From NCBI GenBank assembly GCA_010015805.1, contig ML978131.1, positions 620,001-684,000 of the forward strand: a DNA stretch of 64,000 nt, written 5' to 3'. How positions within the stretch are numbered: position 1 is the stretch's first letter; each line of letters starts with the position of its first letter. The DNA comes from Rhizodiscina lignyota. Taxonomy: Eukaryota. Shown piece by piece: positions 36,301 to 46,964 of this stretch. A program made the translations under genes and the position numbers. Under the pieces are notes generated by a model. It searched no databases. It had not been told where the DNA came from and saw nothing but the letters and a program-made list of their open reading frames with translations.

Positions 36301-37996
36301 AGCATATCTCGCTTTCAGCCTCCTCACAGCAATCAGCCTAGCAGCAATATATTCCTCGGAATGGCCACGCAAGGAAATGCGTGAGAAATACGTGAAGCTT
36401 GCTCTTCGGATCGTTGAAGACACCGAGGAGAATGAACTCAAGAACAGTGGGGCCAATCCATTCCCCGTGGGTTCACGGGCATTTTACATGAAGGGACTAG
36501 CATATCGCCACGAACTCATGCTCGAACTGGAACGAGGAAATCTAGAAGCAGCCTTTCAGACCTGTGACAAATGTCTCGAGATTGACGAATCTCTCCTAAA
36601 ACACATGGAAGGGGGTGCCCAGTTAGTCGAATCTTCGCTGGACGATGCCAGAATCAAAGAGATGGCCAACCTGTTCCCTAACCAGCAATCAGCTAACGTA
36701 GCCAAGGAGAGGTTAGAGGCCATATCGCAGAACAAGATGGCAGTTGCTTACACTGAGTCTCGCGTGACTCTTCTGAACACTGTTAAAGTGTATCTGGCCG
36801 AAAAAATCGGAAAACATATAGACCCGCGCTTCAAGAGGCAGTACAATCCCAGCAAGCTCGGGGCCAAGATGGGCGCGAAACGTGGGAAAGGAGCAATGCA
36901 TGCTGTTAATCAGGCGGGAGATCTGATGGGTCTCTTGAACATGAACAAGGCCTCTGACTGGTACGATGGGAGCGACTACATGGATGAGTTCGTGGATCAT
37001 CGAAATAGCGAAGAAGAGAGGCTGAAAGATCTCGACCGCGATATCGGGCTGGGGAACATTCCAAGGGCAACAGAGACATACGCCAAGGTCATCGCATCTT
37101 CACTGCGTAGCCTGGACCTCGATCGCACAGGGGCGTATCTCAGCGGCCTCGCTGATTTCGCCCAGCACAATCTCATACCAAGCATGGAAAATGTAGACTG
37201 GGTTGGCGGGCAGACTCTCTTTGGTAGCCTCAAGACGACAATGAACATAGTCACGGGAAAGTCGACTTCCAAGGACCATAAAGTGGACCACGTGGTAATC
37301 GACAAAGCCTTGCAAGAGGAGATTCGCGTGCTCGAGGAGAGCAATGCACATCCTGACCTAATCAAAGCGGCTAAGATGCGTCGTCGAGGGTGGTTGAAAG
37401 ATCCGGACGCACTCAAGCACGGTGGTTCCCCTGAAGAAAACAAAATGCGCGAAACCAACACGAAAAATGCATTACACATCCTGATGGATAATGCGGGCCG
37501 GCCTGGATACCAGGAAAGACTGGTTGCGGCCAACGTCGAGTTCGAGTCCTTGAAGACGCGGGTGGTGGATGGGGAACAAGCTGTACAGGCCGCGTGGAAC
37601 TCGGGCAAGAAAGCACGAAGTATGGAAGACGAACCGGACATGATGAAAATGTACAAAGACATCATCGCCGCGTTGGATGATATGCAAACGTTCTGTGCAA
37701 AACCAGGCAACGAGGTATTCCGTGCCGTCTTTGGGGACGGCGAGACGTATTTCGACGAAAATCGTGAGCCGTATTTGGTCAATCTCGCTGCTGAAGCGGT
37801 GCGCGAGTCCTTTCAGAACGCCATTGTGCGCGGAGATTATGATGGGGCCCAGAGAGTTGTTGAGGGCTTTAAGGGCAGTTTGGATGAGAAGCTGCGTCGC
37901 AGCGCACATGCGGAGAAGATTGTGAATGGATGGCAAGCGATGATCGATGAGGGACCAGCGAATATAGCAGAATTTCGAAAGTTGATGGGCAGATGA
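33389..37996 (+). CDS. CHAT (caspase-like) protease - STAND/NB-ARC-like NTPase - helical/TPR-like NLR-type protein, ~1535 aa, intronless
   Basis: IHRLHWELLE; catalytic dyad HFIHFDLHG (His277) and ILNACES (Cys326); VLAMSY; Walker A GRAGVGKT; Walker B-like LVFVVD; CDGNP (GxP); IHPLL (MHD-like); TPR-like GNLEAAFQTCDKCLEI, GDYDGAQRVV. Confidence 0.88.
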   Translation: MAPNVAINITASEAIPDEADTNEGPENKLHRWSISVSVNGKSIYAHRVIEDPFLNPHGEEEEDKREECRWYVEEFAIKEPFKQQKASEVAEQLQTYATSLLTQLGLQQVLKDELQDDANEDDANDNPHVLIAISEDLDVKSSIHRLHWELLEDSAVWDLQAEITVKRLVKMRRATPSLLIAEVKPDEQHPTKVTVVNGLLVVARDLSESSQKSDINPNLAFGVLANIQKDLVSFSDGARLNLEVVRPGTFKALQEHLDRAAEMHGKGHYHFIHFDLHGKVDKETSTASLLFNDSELNEKKRVEEPAHKVASLLGSHNISVAILNACESAKADSGDSANVAKTFVDGGVKSVLAMSYKLSSSAAEPFLRGLYHSLFLDGNTLPQAARNARTMLRENPHRHARLGLKVAVNDYFIPVLYSHGQDPKFIPRQRKRISSQFGLVDFARRRGELRSNDTRPLTGRDFDVLRLEKCLIEHGKVHLSGRAGVGKTALLRYASTIWIQTSFIDTVAFIDLSKVKDLPNAVNALISQIPRATDELAYDLRLALESENSNDKSLSTLISICSEQSLVFVVDSIPSDKQIKMSLDPNDMTDFKAMDRFLGTLLRLNETVKSTRVIFVSRLNGDELPISKELHTGISGVTMRLQPLGLDDAVQLSQLILESSGLHMDDWKDSHDRQLKLLVGLCDGNPSVIAQVSHQMPSSGKSLEDFLDQIQVGIPPEHQAFGEGQDLVDELDHIFNSFNDEQRAFFIFISVFWTEAFPISYFTDWIVAMEICKDQRNSLAIQYLQARGIIELGLLMTKPNDEETGLKMITWIHPLLTTYGRRIAYNTLAKKRGRLGKSQIEAATLVCLVMGTKFKAGRQSKRFLALSQSVFLWLIQGIAGADGQRLAVSILEGLEYAKLASFLPLQTGNLALCLSLCLRLPLELWRLDYFEFHVANLRLVARPEHLEQFTRRFGDLLDKLLELNGGCAIPQAYLAFSLLTAISLAAIYSSEWPRKEMREKYVKLALRIVEDTEENELKNSGANPFPVGSRAFYMKGLAYRHELMLELERGNLEAAFQTCDKCLEIDESLLKHMEGGAQLVESSLDDARIKEMANLFPNQQSANVAKERLEAISQNKMAVAYTESRVTLLNTVKVYLAEKIGKHIDPRFKRQYNPSKLGAKMGAKRGKGAMHAVNQAGDLMGLLNMNKASDWYDGSDYMDEFVDHRNSEEERLKDLDRDIGLGNIPRATETYAKVIASSLRSLDLDRTGAYLSGLADFAQHNLIPSMENVDWVGGQTLFGSLKTTMNIVTGKSTSKDHKVDHVVIDKALQEEIRVLEESNAHPDLIKAAKMRRRGWLKDPDALKHGGSPEENKMRETNTKNALHILMDNAGRPGYQERLVAANVEFESLKTRVVDGEQAVQAAWNSGKKARSMEDEPDMMKMYKDIIAALDDMQTFCAKPGNEVFRAVFGDGETYFDENREPYLVNLAAEAVRESFQNAIVRGDYDGAQRVVEGFKGSLDEKLRRSAHAEKIVNGWQAMIDEGPANIAEFRKLMGR

Positions 37997-38806
37997 GTAT
38001 GATCACGTGAGGCGATAAAACAGGTTATGCAACTCTCCAAAACAGGCAGTTTAAATTACTGCTTTACGGCATAAAGCTTCAGTGGCTACCCGACAAATGG
38101 AGTTCCATACTGCCTCCTTTCTTTACAAGATGTCAGTTTGCCGGGTCTCTTTGCGGTAGGTGCTCCGCGTCTTCGCCCAGCTATTTGCGTTGGTCGGTGT
38201 AAGGAGTCCGTCCAAGAAGCTTTCCAATACGAAGGTACGAGCATCGCAGAGATTGCCGCCTTTATCTCTCCAAGTATATGAGTGCAATATTCAGTTTGAA
38301 CAAGGACGAATATGCTGAAGATAGAGGTCAATCTGTCTTCCAGTTCCCCAGTTCGCCTCAAACCTCCGATGCATGCGTGCCATGCTGCAAGGTTGCGTGC
38401 TCTCCCACTGCGTCACTGCGTGGCTTGACATCATTTGACCGCCTGCCAGCGATCCATCGTTCCACACCAACTTTTTGTCTTCTGACTCTATCTCCACCTC
38501 CACAATTTCGCTACCTTGTTCCATCTCCTCTGCAACGCCTCCACGGCCCCATCCCGCCGCCATGATGCGCCTTGCTCTCTACCCACTGACCACTCACCAC
38601 CGCGACCGCTGCAAGGGTCCAAGTGACGCCTAATAGCGAAGCCTTATAACTGACCGGTCTGCCTGCGTGCGAGCAGCTGACATTCCATCTACGATCGCCC
38701 CGAGCTCTACATTGCAGACGTTTACTTCCAAGTATTAAGCCTTGTGCTGCACTGCCTGGAATCTTTATCGAGACACTGCGCAAGAACCGAGAGCAGTGAA
38801 ACTATC

Positions 38807-40750
38807 ATGGCGACGGCGCAAGAGGCGTCGCCCGCGCCGACGGAGACGGAGACAAGAGAAGCGATGGAGTTTTGGGGATATCTATTCAAGCCGGACAAGT
38901 GTGGCACGGATATGCTGAACAACTTGCTCAGAGGAATTGCTATTTATATTGTATGCGGACACCCGAAATTCCCTCAGATCTCCTTCACTGCAATCGCTCG
39001 GATACAAGTTCTACATGCAGACTATTTGATGTTTACGCAAAGCTAATCGCAACCTCATTCACAGTCTACCAAACTCTCCCCCGACTCATGTCAAGACCTC
39101 CTCCCCTCCCAACTCGCCGAGTTCTACCGCGCTGTCGGTGGCAACTACGACATTCTCTTCATTGACACCCCCCTCTCCTCCCTCTCCTTTATCTACAAGT
39201 CACTCGGGTGCCTACACTCCATCCAACCCAGCGCAACCGACGATGGCTATACGGGCCCCAGCGTCCCCGCCTTGAAGCAGAAAGGCTTCATAACATGGCA
39301 AACAATACAACTCCTTCTTGGTCCGGAGGAGCATGTGCCGTTCCTCCAGCACGCGGTGAAGCAGTATGACATTGTGAATCCAGAGACAGGGGCGCCATTC
39401 CCAAAGGTCCTGCCGAAGGAAGCGTTCCCGGAGAAGCCAGACCCGGCGATGCAGAACTGGTACGAGGAGGTTTCAGAGCGGCTTTCGCGTGATGCGGAAG
39501 CTGAGCGGGATATTAAGACGGCCGGCGCAGGACCTAGTCGCGCACCTCGGCCAGGTGTTGATGCGCAAGTAGAAGTCAGCAGCGATAGCGACGACGAGAG
39601 GAGCCAGGCTGCAAAGTATTTCTCCAATCCGCTATATCGCGACGGCGACGGTCGGCCGCGGATTGTGAGGAGGGGATCGAAGCAGAGGCCGTACAGTCCA
39701 CGCGAGACTCTGTATGATAGAGGGAAAGCTGTAGTGCATGGCGTGAGGCACTTTATTTCGCCTTCATATGACGGTGGGCGGCGAAGGAGAAGCTATCCCG
39801 AACGCCGCGATCAAATCAGCGTCGTAGATGGTGACGTGGAAGAAGAGGATGAGGAAGACATTGGGCCGACCACATTACATCCTACATACGTGCCGCGTGT
39901 GGCAAGAGAGCGGCAGGCCGCCGCTGCGGCAGCAGCACAAAGGCGACGGCAAGAGACGCCTTCAACCGAGCCAGACAGCTCAGAAGACGAGCCCCCTGGG
40001 TCGTCAAGGCCACCAGGCAACCAACCCCCGCCGCCTAGTGCACGACCGCCTCTGCACCATAGACGAAGCGACGACCCGTCGACCGGCCCGCGGGATTACT
40101 TCCCACCACAAGGGCCACTGTATCCCCAGCACGGCCGCCGGCATTCAGCACACAGTCCGCTGTATGCAGGCAGTCCAGGCGCTAACGGCTTTGAACCAAG
40201 CGATAGCCCCCTGTTTGCGACGCAGATCGGGCAGGCGAGTAAGTCCGGTGGGCCTCCTCGACGCGCTGGTGGCTCGCCACTACGAGGAGAGTATAATCGA
40301 AGAGATTCAAGAGACCCTAGAGACCCCAGAGATAGAAGAGATCCTAGAGATGCAAGAGATCCTAGAGATGCAAGAGACCCTAGAGACCCTAGAGACCCAC
40401 GCGATCCGCGAGATGCAAGAGACGCAAGAGATCGATACGAGCGCGACGGCCGACCCGAACGACCGCCTGCGGGCCGGAGAAGGAGTAGTTCGGGACATAC
40501 ATATACGAGTTATGATCGGCCTCCGGAGTTCTCGCCTGCATATAGAGTGCAGTCCGAGCGAGACCAACGAGCGCAGGAGCGGGAAAGGGAGAGGCTGAGA
40601 GAGCGGGATAGGAGAAGGAGTCGTAGTCAGGGGCATAGTAATGAGCGGCCAAGGATGCCGAGACATATCACCCCAGTGGATGGCGTGGGTGGGAGGAGGT
40701 ATGTGAGTCCGGTTTGGGGGAATCGATATGACCCACCGGCCTCGGGATAG
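38807..40750 (+). CDS. Conserved fungal protein with a DUF7514-like N-terminal domain and an Arg/Asp/Pro-rich disordered C-terminus; intron 38951-39064
   Basis: FWGYLFKPDKCGT...LLRGIA|...LAEFYRAVGGNYDILF...SLGCLHSIQP...PALKQKGFITWQTIQLLLGPEEHVPFLQ. Confidence 0.75.
40301..40435 (+). repeat. 9-bp coding repeat, 15 x R-D-(P/A/S/R)
   Basis: AGAGAYNNN-type units encoding RDSRDPRDPRDRRDPRDA... Confidence 0.9.
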
Positions 40751-41114
40751 AGATGAGGTGGCATATAATCTAAGACGATACGAAATTGGATTGGACTGGA
40801 TTTGGTGGGCAAAGCATATACCTCTCGGCTTGAGGACAAGGGAGGCAGGTTTCATTATTCTTGAGATTCGATTACGGCACGCCCTGGGTTAGTATCGCAT
40901 CTGCTCACGGTGGATGCTCGAGTCGAACCATTCATACGTACTACTGACACGATTCTCGTTACTTGTGTGTGTATGTACATTAAGCGCTGTAAGCGTTCCA
41001 GCGCAATGGCAACGATGAGAGTACACAGAGTTTCTGCCTATCGCCCAGTGATATCAGGCTCTCACGAGCATAAATCCGTCAACAAAGCTATTAAACAAAG
41101 AGTACTGAACTTAC

Positions 41115-43125
41115 TCAATGGAACTCATTCTTCTCCCTGTTCACATCGTTCTCGAGGAATATCTCCGTCTTGTTGTTCATCTTGCGATTGATCGGCTCGT
41201 TTTCGCAAAGCAAGCACATAATCAGGCCCAAGCCGCCAAATGACAGCGAGCTTAATGCCGTCATCTTCAAGCCGTGCGCATAGCTCCACTTGTACGCCTC
41301 AGAAGCGACGCCAAGGATGTTCGCATTGATACCCGGGATAGCTTCGAGAGCGCTTGAACCTAATGGGAACGCCGCGAGGAGCTGCGATGCCGACGATTCC
41401 GACAATCCCGCTGCGATAGCTGCTTGTGGCACCGTCGCAGCCGCCTTCGAAGCCTGCGTGTTCGTGAGAATCGACACGTAAATCGCCTGTGCCAGACTCC
41501 CGCCCGCGAATCTTGCGACGCCCGACAGGCCGCCCGAAATGCCCAAGTCGTGCTGGTGCACGCCCAGCTGCGTGAAGACGACGCTCTCGTACTGCGCCCA
41601 GCCGAAGAACGTCTGCTCGAGGAACGTCACCGCGATGATGAGGCCTTTGTTGTACGGTGTGACAAGCGCGAACAGCCCGCCGAAGATCAGCATGCCGATC
41701 CAGGAGATGTTGAGCGTCCACCACCAGTGCTTGAAGACGTTGCCGAAGGCGATCAGGAGGCATGCGCCGAAGACGAGGCCGAGATTACCAGGGAGGGTGA
41801 GCAGGAGTTCGGTGCTGCGAGATGTGGTTGGGGTGAGGTAGAACACATTGACGGCGGTCGGGTAGAGGACGTTTATACCGTAGTCTGCAGAGACATTAGT
41901 ACATTGTTGCGCAAAATTTGATGAGGGTGCTGTTTGCGCTGTACTGGGCTGCAGCAATGCATTCGTGGGTTGCTAAAATCTGCTCGTGCAGCTCGACATT
42001 GAATTGCAAAATGCTCATTGGAAATTCCACAAACTGTGACAAACGAAACCGACTTACAGAACATCGTAACGATAAACGCCAAAATGAACGGAACCGTAAA
42101 CTCGCGCCCGTAGTGAGAACGGAAGACATATGGCGGGCAGAGCTTATACTTCGTATTGCTGAACGTCTCCCAAAACGCAAAGGCGATAATCAGACCAAAT
42201 CCGACGCACATGGGCGCGATGACGGTGACGTCTGTAGACTTCTTGTAGGTCGTGTTGATGATACCGACGAGCACAAGACAGATGCCAGGGATGATGAGGA
42301 CAGCGCCCACATAATCGAGTCCGCGAAGACCTTCTTTCCAGGGTACGCCCTTGGGGTGCTTTGGTGGATGATACCAGATGGCGAGACTGACAAGGGAGAT
42401 GAATTGGGCGATGAAGCCGCCCCAGAAGATGAATTTCCATCTGTACTGCTGATCAGCTACGAATATCAATTGAGGTAATCTCACTTACCCGTCACCACTG
42501 TCAATAGCATAGCGTCCAACAACAGGTCCAATGACAACAATGATGAACACAAACCCGTCGGATAAGGTGATTCCAATGTGGCGGTACTTATTCGGCATCA
42601 ATTCCGGGATCGAGCACATGGCCATCTGACAGTGTCCTGCGCCGAAACCCGTGATCGCCAGAGCAGCGGTGAATTGCTTATAGTCCTTGGAAGTGGCGGC
42701 AATGATGTATCCAACGCAGCAGAGCACGTGTCCAAACAGAAGAAACAATCGACGACCGAAAATGTCAGAGTTCGCACCAGCCCAGAGAAATCCGAGAGCG
42801 CTGCCAGTTGTGTACGCGGGGACGTACCATACTACAGAGGTGGCAGATCCAAGGACGACGGACAGTTTTGTTTGCATTGCGGCAGTTGTTGGAACAGGCC
42901 AGAATGAGAGACCAAATGTCGAGGACAGAATCTGAAAACGTTAGAATCCAATCCGATATTGTTATTGTGTTTACTCACGAAGATCACCCACCACGTCTTC
43001 ATCGTGATGGTAACATCTTCTGCTGGAACATATTCATGGGGAGGTGTAACAGATACCTCCTCCACTTTCTCAATGTCGCCCTTCTCTTGAATGCTGTGAG
43101 TGTTTTCTTCCATTGCTTCAGCCAT
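41115..43125 (-). CDS. MFS transporter of the TRI12 (fungal trichothecene efflux pump-like) family; 4 exons
   Basis: AGANSDIFGRR, ELMPNKYRHIG, WYHPPKHPKG, LDYVGAVL, LGISGGLSGVARFAGG; canonical introns link the ORF pieces. Confidence 0.88.
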
Positions 43126-43726
43126 GTCGCAATCTCAAGAATTGGGGAGTCTGACAAGGCGGATCAGATACCCAGCTGCTCGAGAGGAGCGAGGTATATT
43201 ATTACCTTTACCTCCAGCATCGTTCCGCGCGCGAAACTCGAGCGGAAGTCATTTGCAAGATTGGAGATCTCCACCCCTGGAATGGATTAGTGCACCGACA
43301 TCAACTGCACGTCTCAGAGGCCAAGCTACACGGAAGAGGCCGTTGTGGGGCCTAGGCCTGCTTCTCCAGCTGAGACTATGGGGTTGGAGCCTTGGAGGTT
43401 CTAGTTGTTCGGTATATCCCGTAGAGATTCGGGAGAAGACAGTATGTTGATGGGACGGATGTCGTTTTCCTGAAGGAAGCAGGAATCCATGTGATGATGA
43501 TCTTCGCGGCGTGAGCCGCATTCTCGCTAAATAGCGTTTGGTCGTATTCAGTGTGGAGATTTAAGGCTGTTGGTCTTGGTCAATCAAGATTTTGTTGTCT
43601 TGAGCAATGGATATTGAACTCCGAAAACTCTCCGTGAGCCCGAATTTCGAGTCCAAGAATGTCGGACAACTTCGCAACTTCACGAGAACATCTGCTGACT
43701 TATATTTCTACTTCATAGCGGCAGAG

Positions 43727-44417
43727 TTATTGACGTAGAACTCCATCTTTGCCGCCTTGGTCGTGTACGGCAGGACCAAAGATCAGGTTATCATAGCCTG
43801 CCATGCACTTGATTCCTGCACCAGCAACGTCCATGAAATGATCACAATCCGGAGCCAATGCTGCTGCATACTCAGGGCTCTGATAATAGTCAGCAACAAG
43901 TCAATGATAGAGGTAAATGTTGCAGGAGCTCTGACCTTGAAAAAGCGTTCCCAATCGTCCCAACTCTTGACCCCTGTCTCGAACGTCAGCATACAGAAGG
44001 AGTTTGGTAGAGCCAGACGTACAAATCTCAGAGCAGCCGTCAAAGTCCAGAAGGTCCATACCCAAGGCCTTCACCTTCTCCTTGGCTTCGGGGGTTTGAT
44101 GGAACTACTGATATCAGAGTGGGTCCAGAATGATTCCAAGCTCGGAGGCTCACCTGTGTATATCGCTGGATCTTCACGACATTGAATTCTTTCGACGCAA
44201 GTGTCAGGTCTGCATGAACAGTCTCCCAATGACGATGGAATTGCTCGTATGAGACGTTTGGTAGCTTCTTGAAAAAGAATGTCAATTTGACATAAGCTAT
44301 GTTTCCTGTTAGTACGGGATGTTTTTAGAGGTGAAACGACTGACGCTGATAATTCGGCTTTGCATCATATGAAAGTTGAGGATTAGAGAATTGATGATCA
44401 ATCTTCTTGTGCGTCAT
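43727..44417 (-). CDS. EthD-domain (dimeric alpha/beta barrel) protein; 5 short exons
   Basis: FFKKLPNVSYEQFHRHWETVHA, IQRYTQ|FH, DFDGCSEI|WVKSWDDW...SPEY...D..HFMD...AGYDNLIFG reconstructed across GT-AG introns. Confidence 0.85.
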
Positions 44418-44809
44418 TTTGAAAGTTATCTGCTCAGGAATATTTTGAAGACTGAATAAGAATAAATATATCTTTGGCAATACGGAGTGAACTGTTACGC
44501 TGAAATAGAGATCCAGACAAGGAGTGAGGAGTGAAAGCATTTCCGGCAGCGGCACCCTCAGCGATCTACGAACGGACGCCAATGTCCGCATGAGTGCGGA
44601 GTGCATAATGCAGAGACCACCATACAGTGCGCCATGAAACGACGTGTATTCAGGCGACGATCTTGATCCGGTCAACCAGCCAGATGATTGAAGACTGACC
44701 GGTATGAAATATTTTCGTACGACTCTACTTCTGCTTGGTCAATCTACCTATGAGCTATCCTGTGCATATCAAGGTCCAAACGACACGTGACACCTACATA
44801 TGCATGAGG

Positions 44810-45887
44810 CTAGAACACGATGACCATCCTCTTGGATGCTTTTCCCGCATCCATGTCCTTCACCATTTGTGGCATCTCTTCCAGCTTCTTGAACTCCACC
44901 TCCGGCACAATGTTGTGTTTTGCAGTGAAGTCTACAGCCTTCTTCATTCGCTGGGGAATACCAGTGTTCTCTCCCTTAATCCTGTAGTTGTTGACAACGA
45001 TGTCAAACGCCGGAAACTCCAACGGCTTCACAGGGAGACCGACAACCATCAGCAAGCCATTTATCCTTATCACCTTTGTGGCGCTCTGATATGCCGGTGT
45101 GGCATTACTGTATACCGCCGCAGCGTGTACACCACCGTCCGTGAGCTTCTTGATTTCCTCGACGTAGTTTGGGTTCTTCAACGAGTTGAATGTGGCATCT
45201 GCGCCCATCTGCTTCGCAACCTCGAGCATTGGATCGTTGACGTCTATGCCGATGACCTTGTACCCCATTGCCTTAGCATACTGTGTCGCAAACTGTCCCA
45301 GACCACCGCAACCAACTACAGCAAACCACTGGCCCTCCTTGAGGTCACAGCTGTCGACGGAATGGAATGCGGTAATGCCGGCGCAGAATAAAGGACTCGA
45401 TTTCTCGATTGGCAGACTGTCCGGCAATATAATCGCATTCTCCCAATCACAGGCAGCATATTCTGCAAAGAAGCCGTCTGTCATAAGACCCTGTACCTTC
45501 GGACCTCCTGGGTTTGGATTTTTACAGGCCAGGTTATGGACCATGCATCCTTCGCATTGAAAGCAACAGTTGATGATATAGCCCATCCCAATCCTATCTC
45601 CAACTTTGAAGCCCTTGCCCTCTGCTGATGGATGTATCTTTTCGATTATGCCAACGCCCTCGTGGCCCATTGTATACGGAGTGTCACCATCGGGTCGGAT
45701 ATCCATGATCAGATCGGAATGACAGAGGGAAGCGCCTTTGATCTTGACCAGAAACTGGCCTTCGCCGGGCTCAGGGATAGGTACGTCGTTTATAACGACT
45801 GCATCCTTCTTCTACAGGATATAGTCAGTATTTTCAACCGTCGGAAGATGAAATAGAACGAACTTTGTCATATTGAGCAGCCTTCAT
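44810..45887 (-). CDS. Zinc-dependent medium-chain alcohol dehydrogenase
   Basis: MKAAQYDK first exon; LCHSD, GHEG, structural Zn CxxCxxC...C, LFCAGITA, GCGGLG. Confidence 0.93.
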
Positions 45888-46964
45888 CTTGAACCATTCA
45901 ATGGCAATGGTGATAGACACTACTAGTCGATTCCGTAGGAGAGGAAGATATCACAGCAGAGGTATACTCTAGATTGCATGTAACCCCGAATACCTACAGA
46001 TCCATTCTCAAAAGTGAGCGATTCAGCTGGAGCGTCATCACGTCGCACGGCCAGTCATGTTCATTTGCGACCAACAGCTTCCACGGCGCTGCGGAACGCA
46101 TCAAGCGGAAAACGTGAAGCGATGCAATTCCCCGCTTCAAATCGGGTGCCTCGAATTCTCCGTAAGCGTGTGGAGAGGTCCCTGTGACCTTGAAGACGGA
46201 AACATGTCTTGGGACGGCATTTGTACACTGACGTGGTGCGTTGGTGGTGGACTTGGTGAGTGCTGTGAGGTTGGCGAACCTCGAGATCGTATGGGCCAAA
46301 TTTAACTATGCCGAAAAGGGAAATAGTTAGAGTGGAGTAGAGCGACCTCACGATACCAATGCGGCGAGAGTATTTGATATCTGTAGACCATTTGCCCCAA
46401 ACCCAACATTTCAAATCCTACATTCATTTAGTCCCAGTTATCAATCCTCGAACGCTGGCGGAGCGTCTATTTCATCGGATGCGGGATCTACTCAGCCTGT
46501 GCTACGACTTAGCAACTTTCAATCTCTTCATTTTTGACATTCCACGATTCCAAATCCCCTATATACGAAGGGTAAGAGCTGCTGGTTTCAGCCCTTTACG
46601 AGTCAAAATCACATTGTGAGAAGAAAGTATGAGCGGCAGTTAGGTCTATATCCTGTACGTGGAAAGATGTTCCAAAAGCTGCTAGGTTGCAGTTAGACAT
46701 TTTGCCGAAGACATTCATTATTTCGAAGTCTCGCTGTACTAAATACATGACTCATTGAGAATTTACTGGCTTCCAGCAAACTGAGACTACCGGGATCAGG
46801 AAGAGCGCCACCAACATGCACCATCCCGTGGACCAACCATATATCTGTAACAAGCATTGCAAGACACAAAAGTTTTTCCTATTTCTCGAGCACAAACCGA
46901 GAGTGCTTCTCTGATAAGCTCTTGGGAGATTCAGAATTCACGGACCTATAATCGAGAGTTTTCT

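Noticed and set aside
41115..43125. Trichothecene biosynthesis suggested by the TRI12-family pump and P450
   Set aside because: No trichodiene synthase or other TRI genes; the transporter family is widespread
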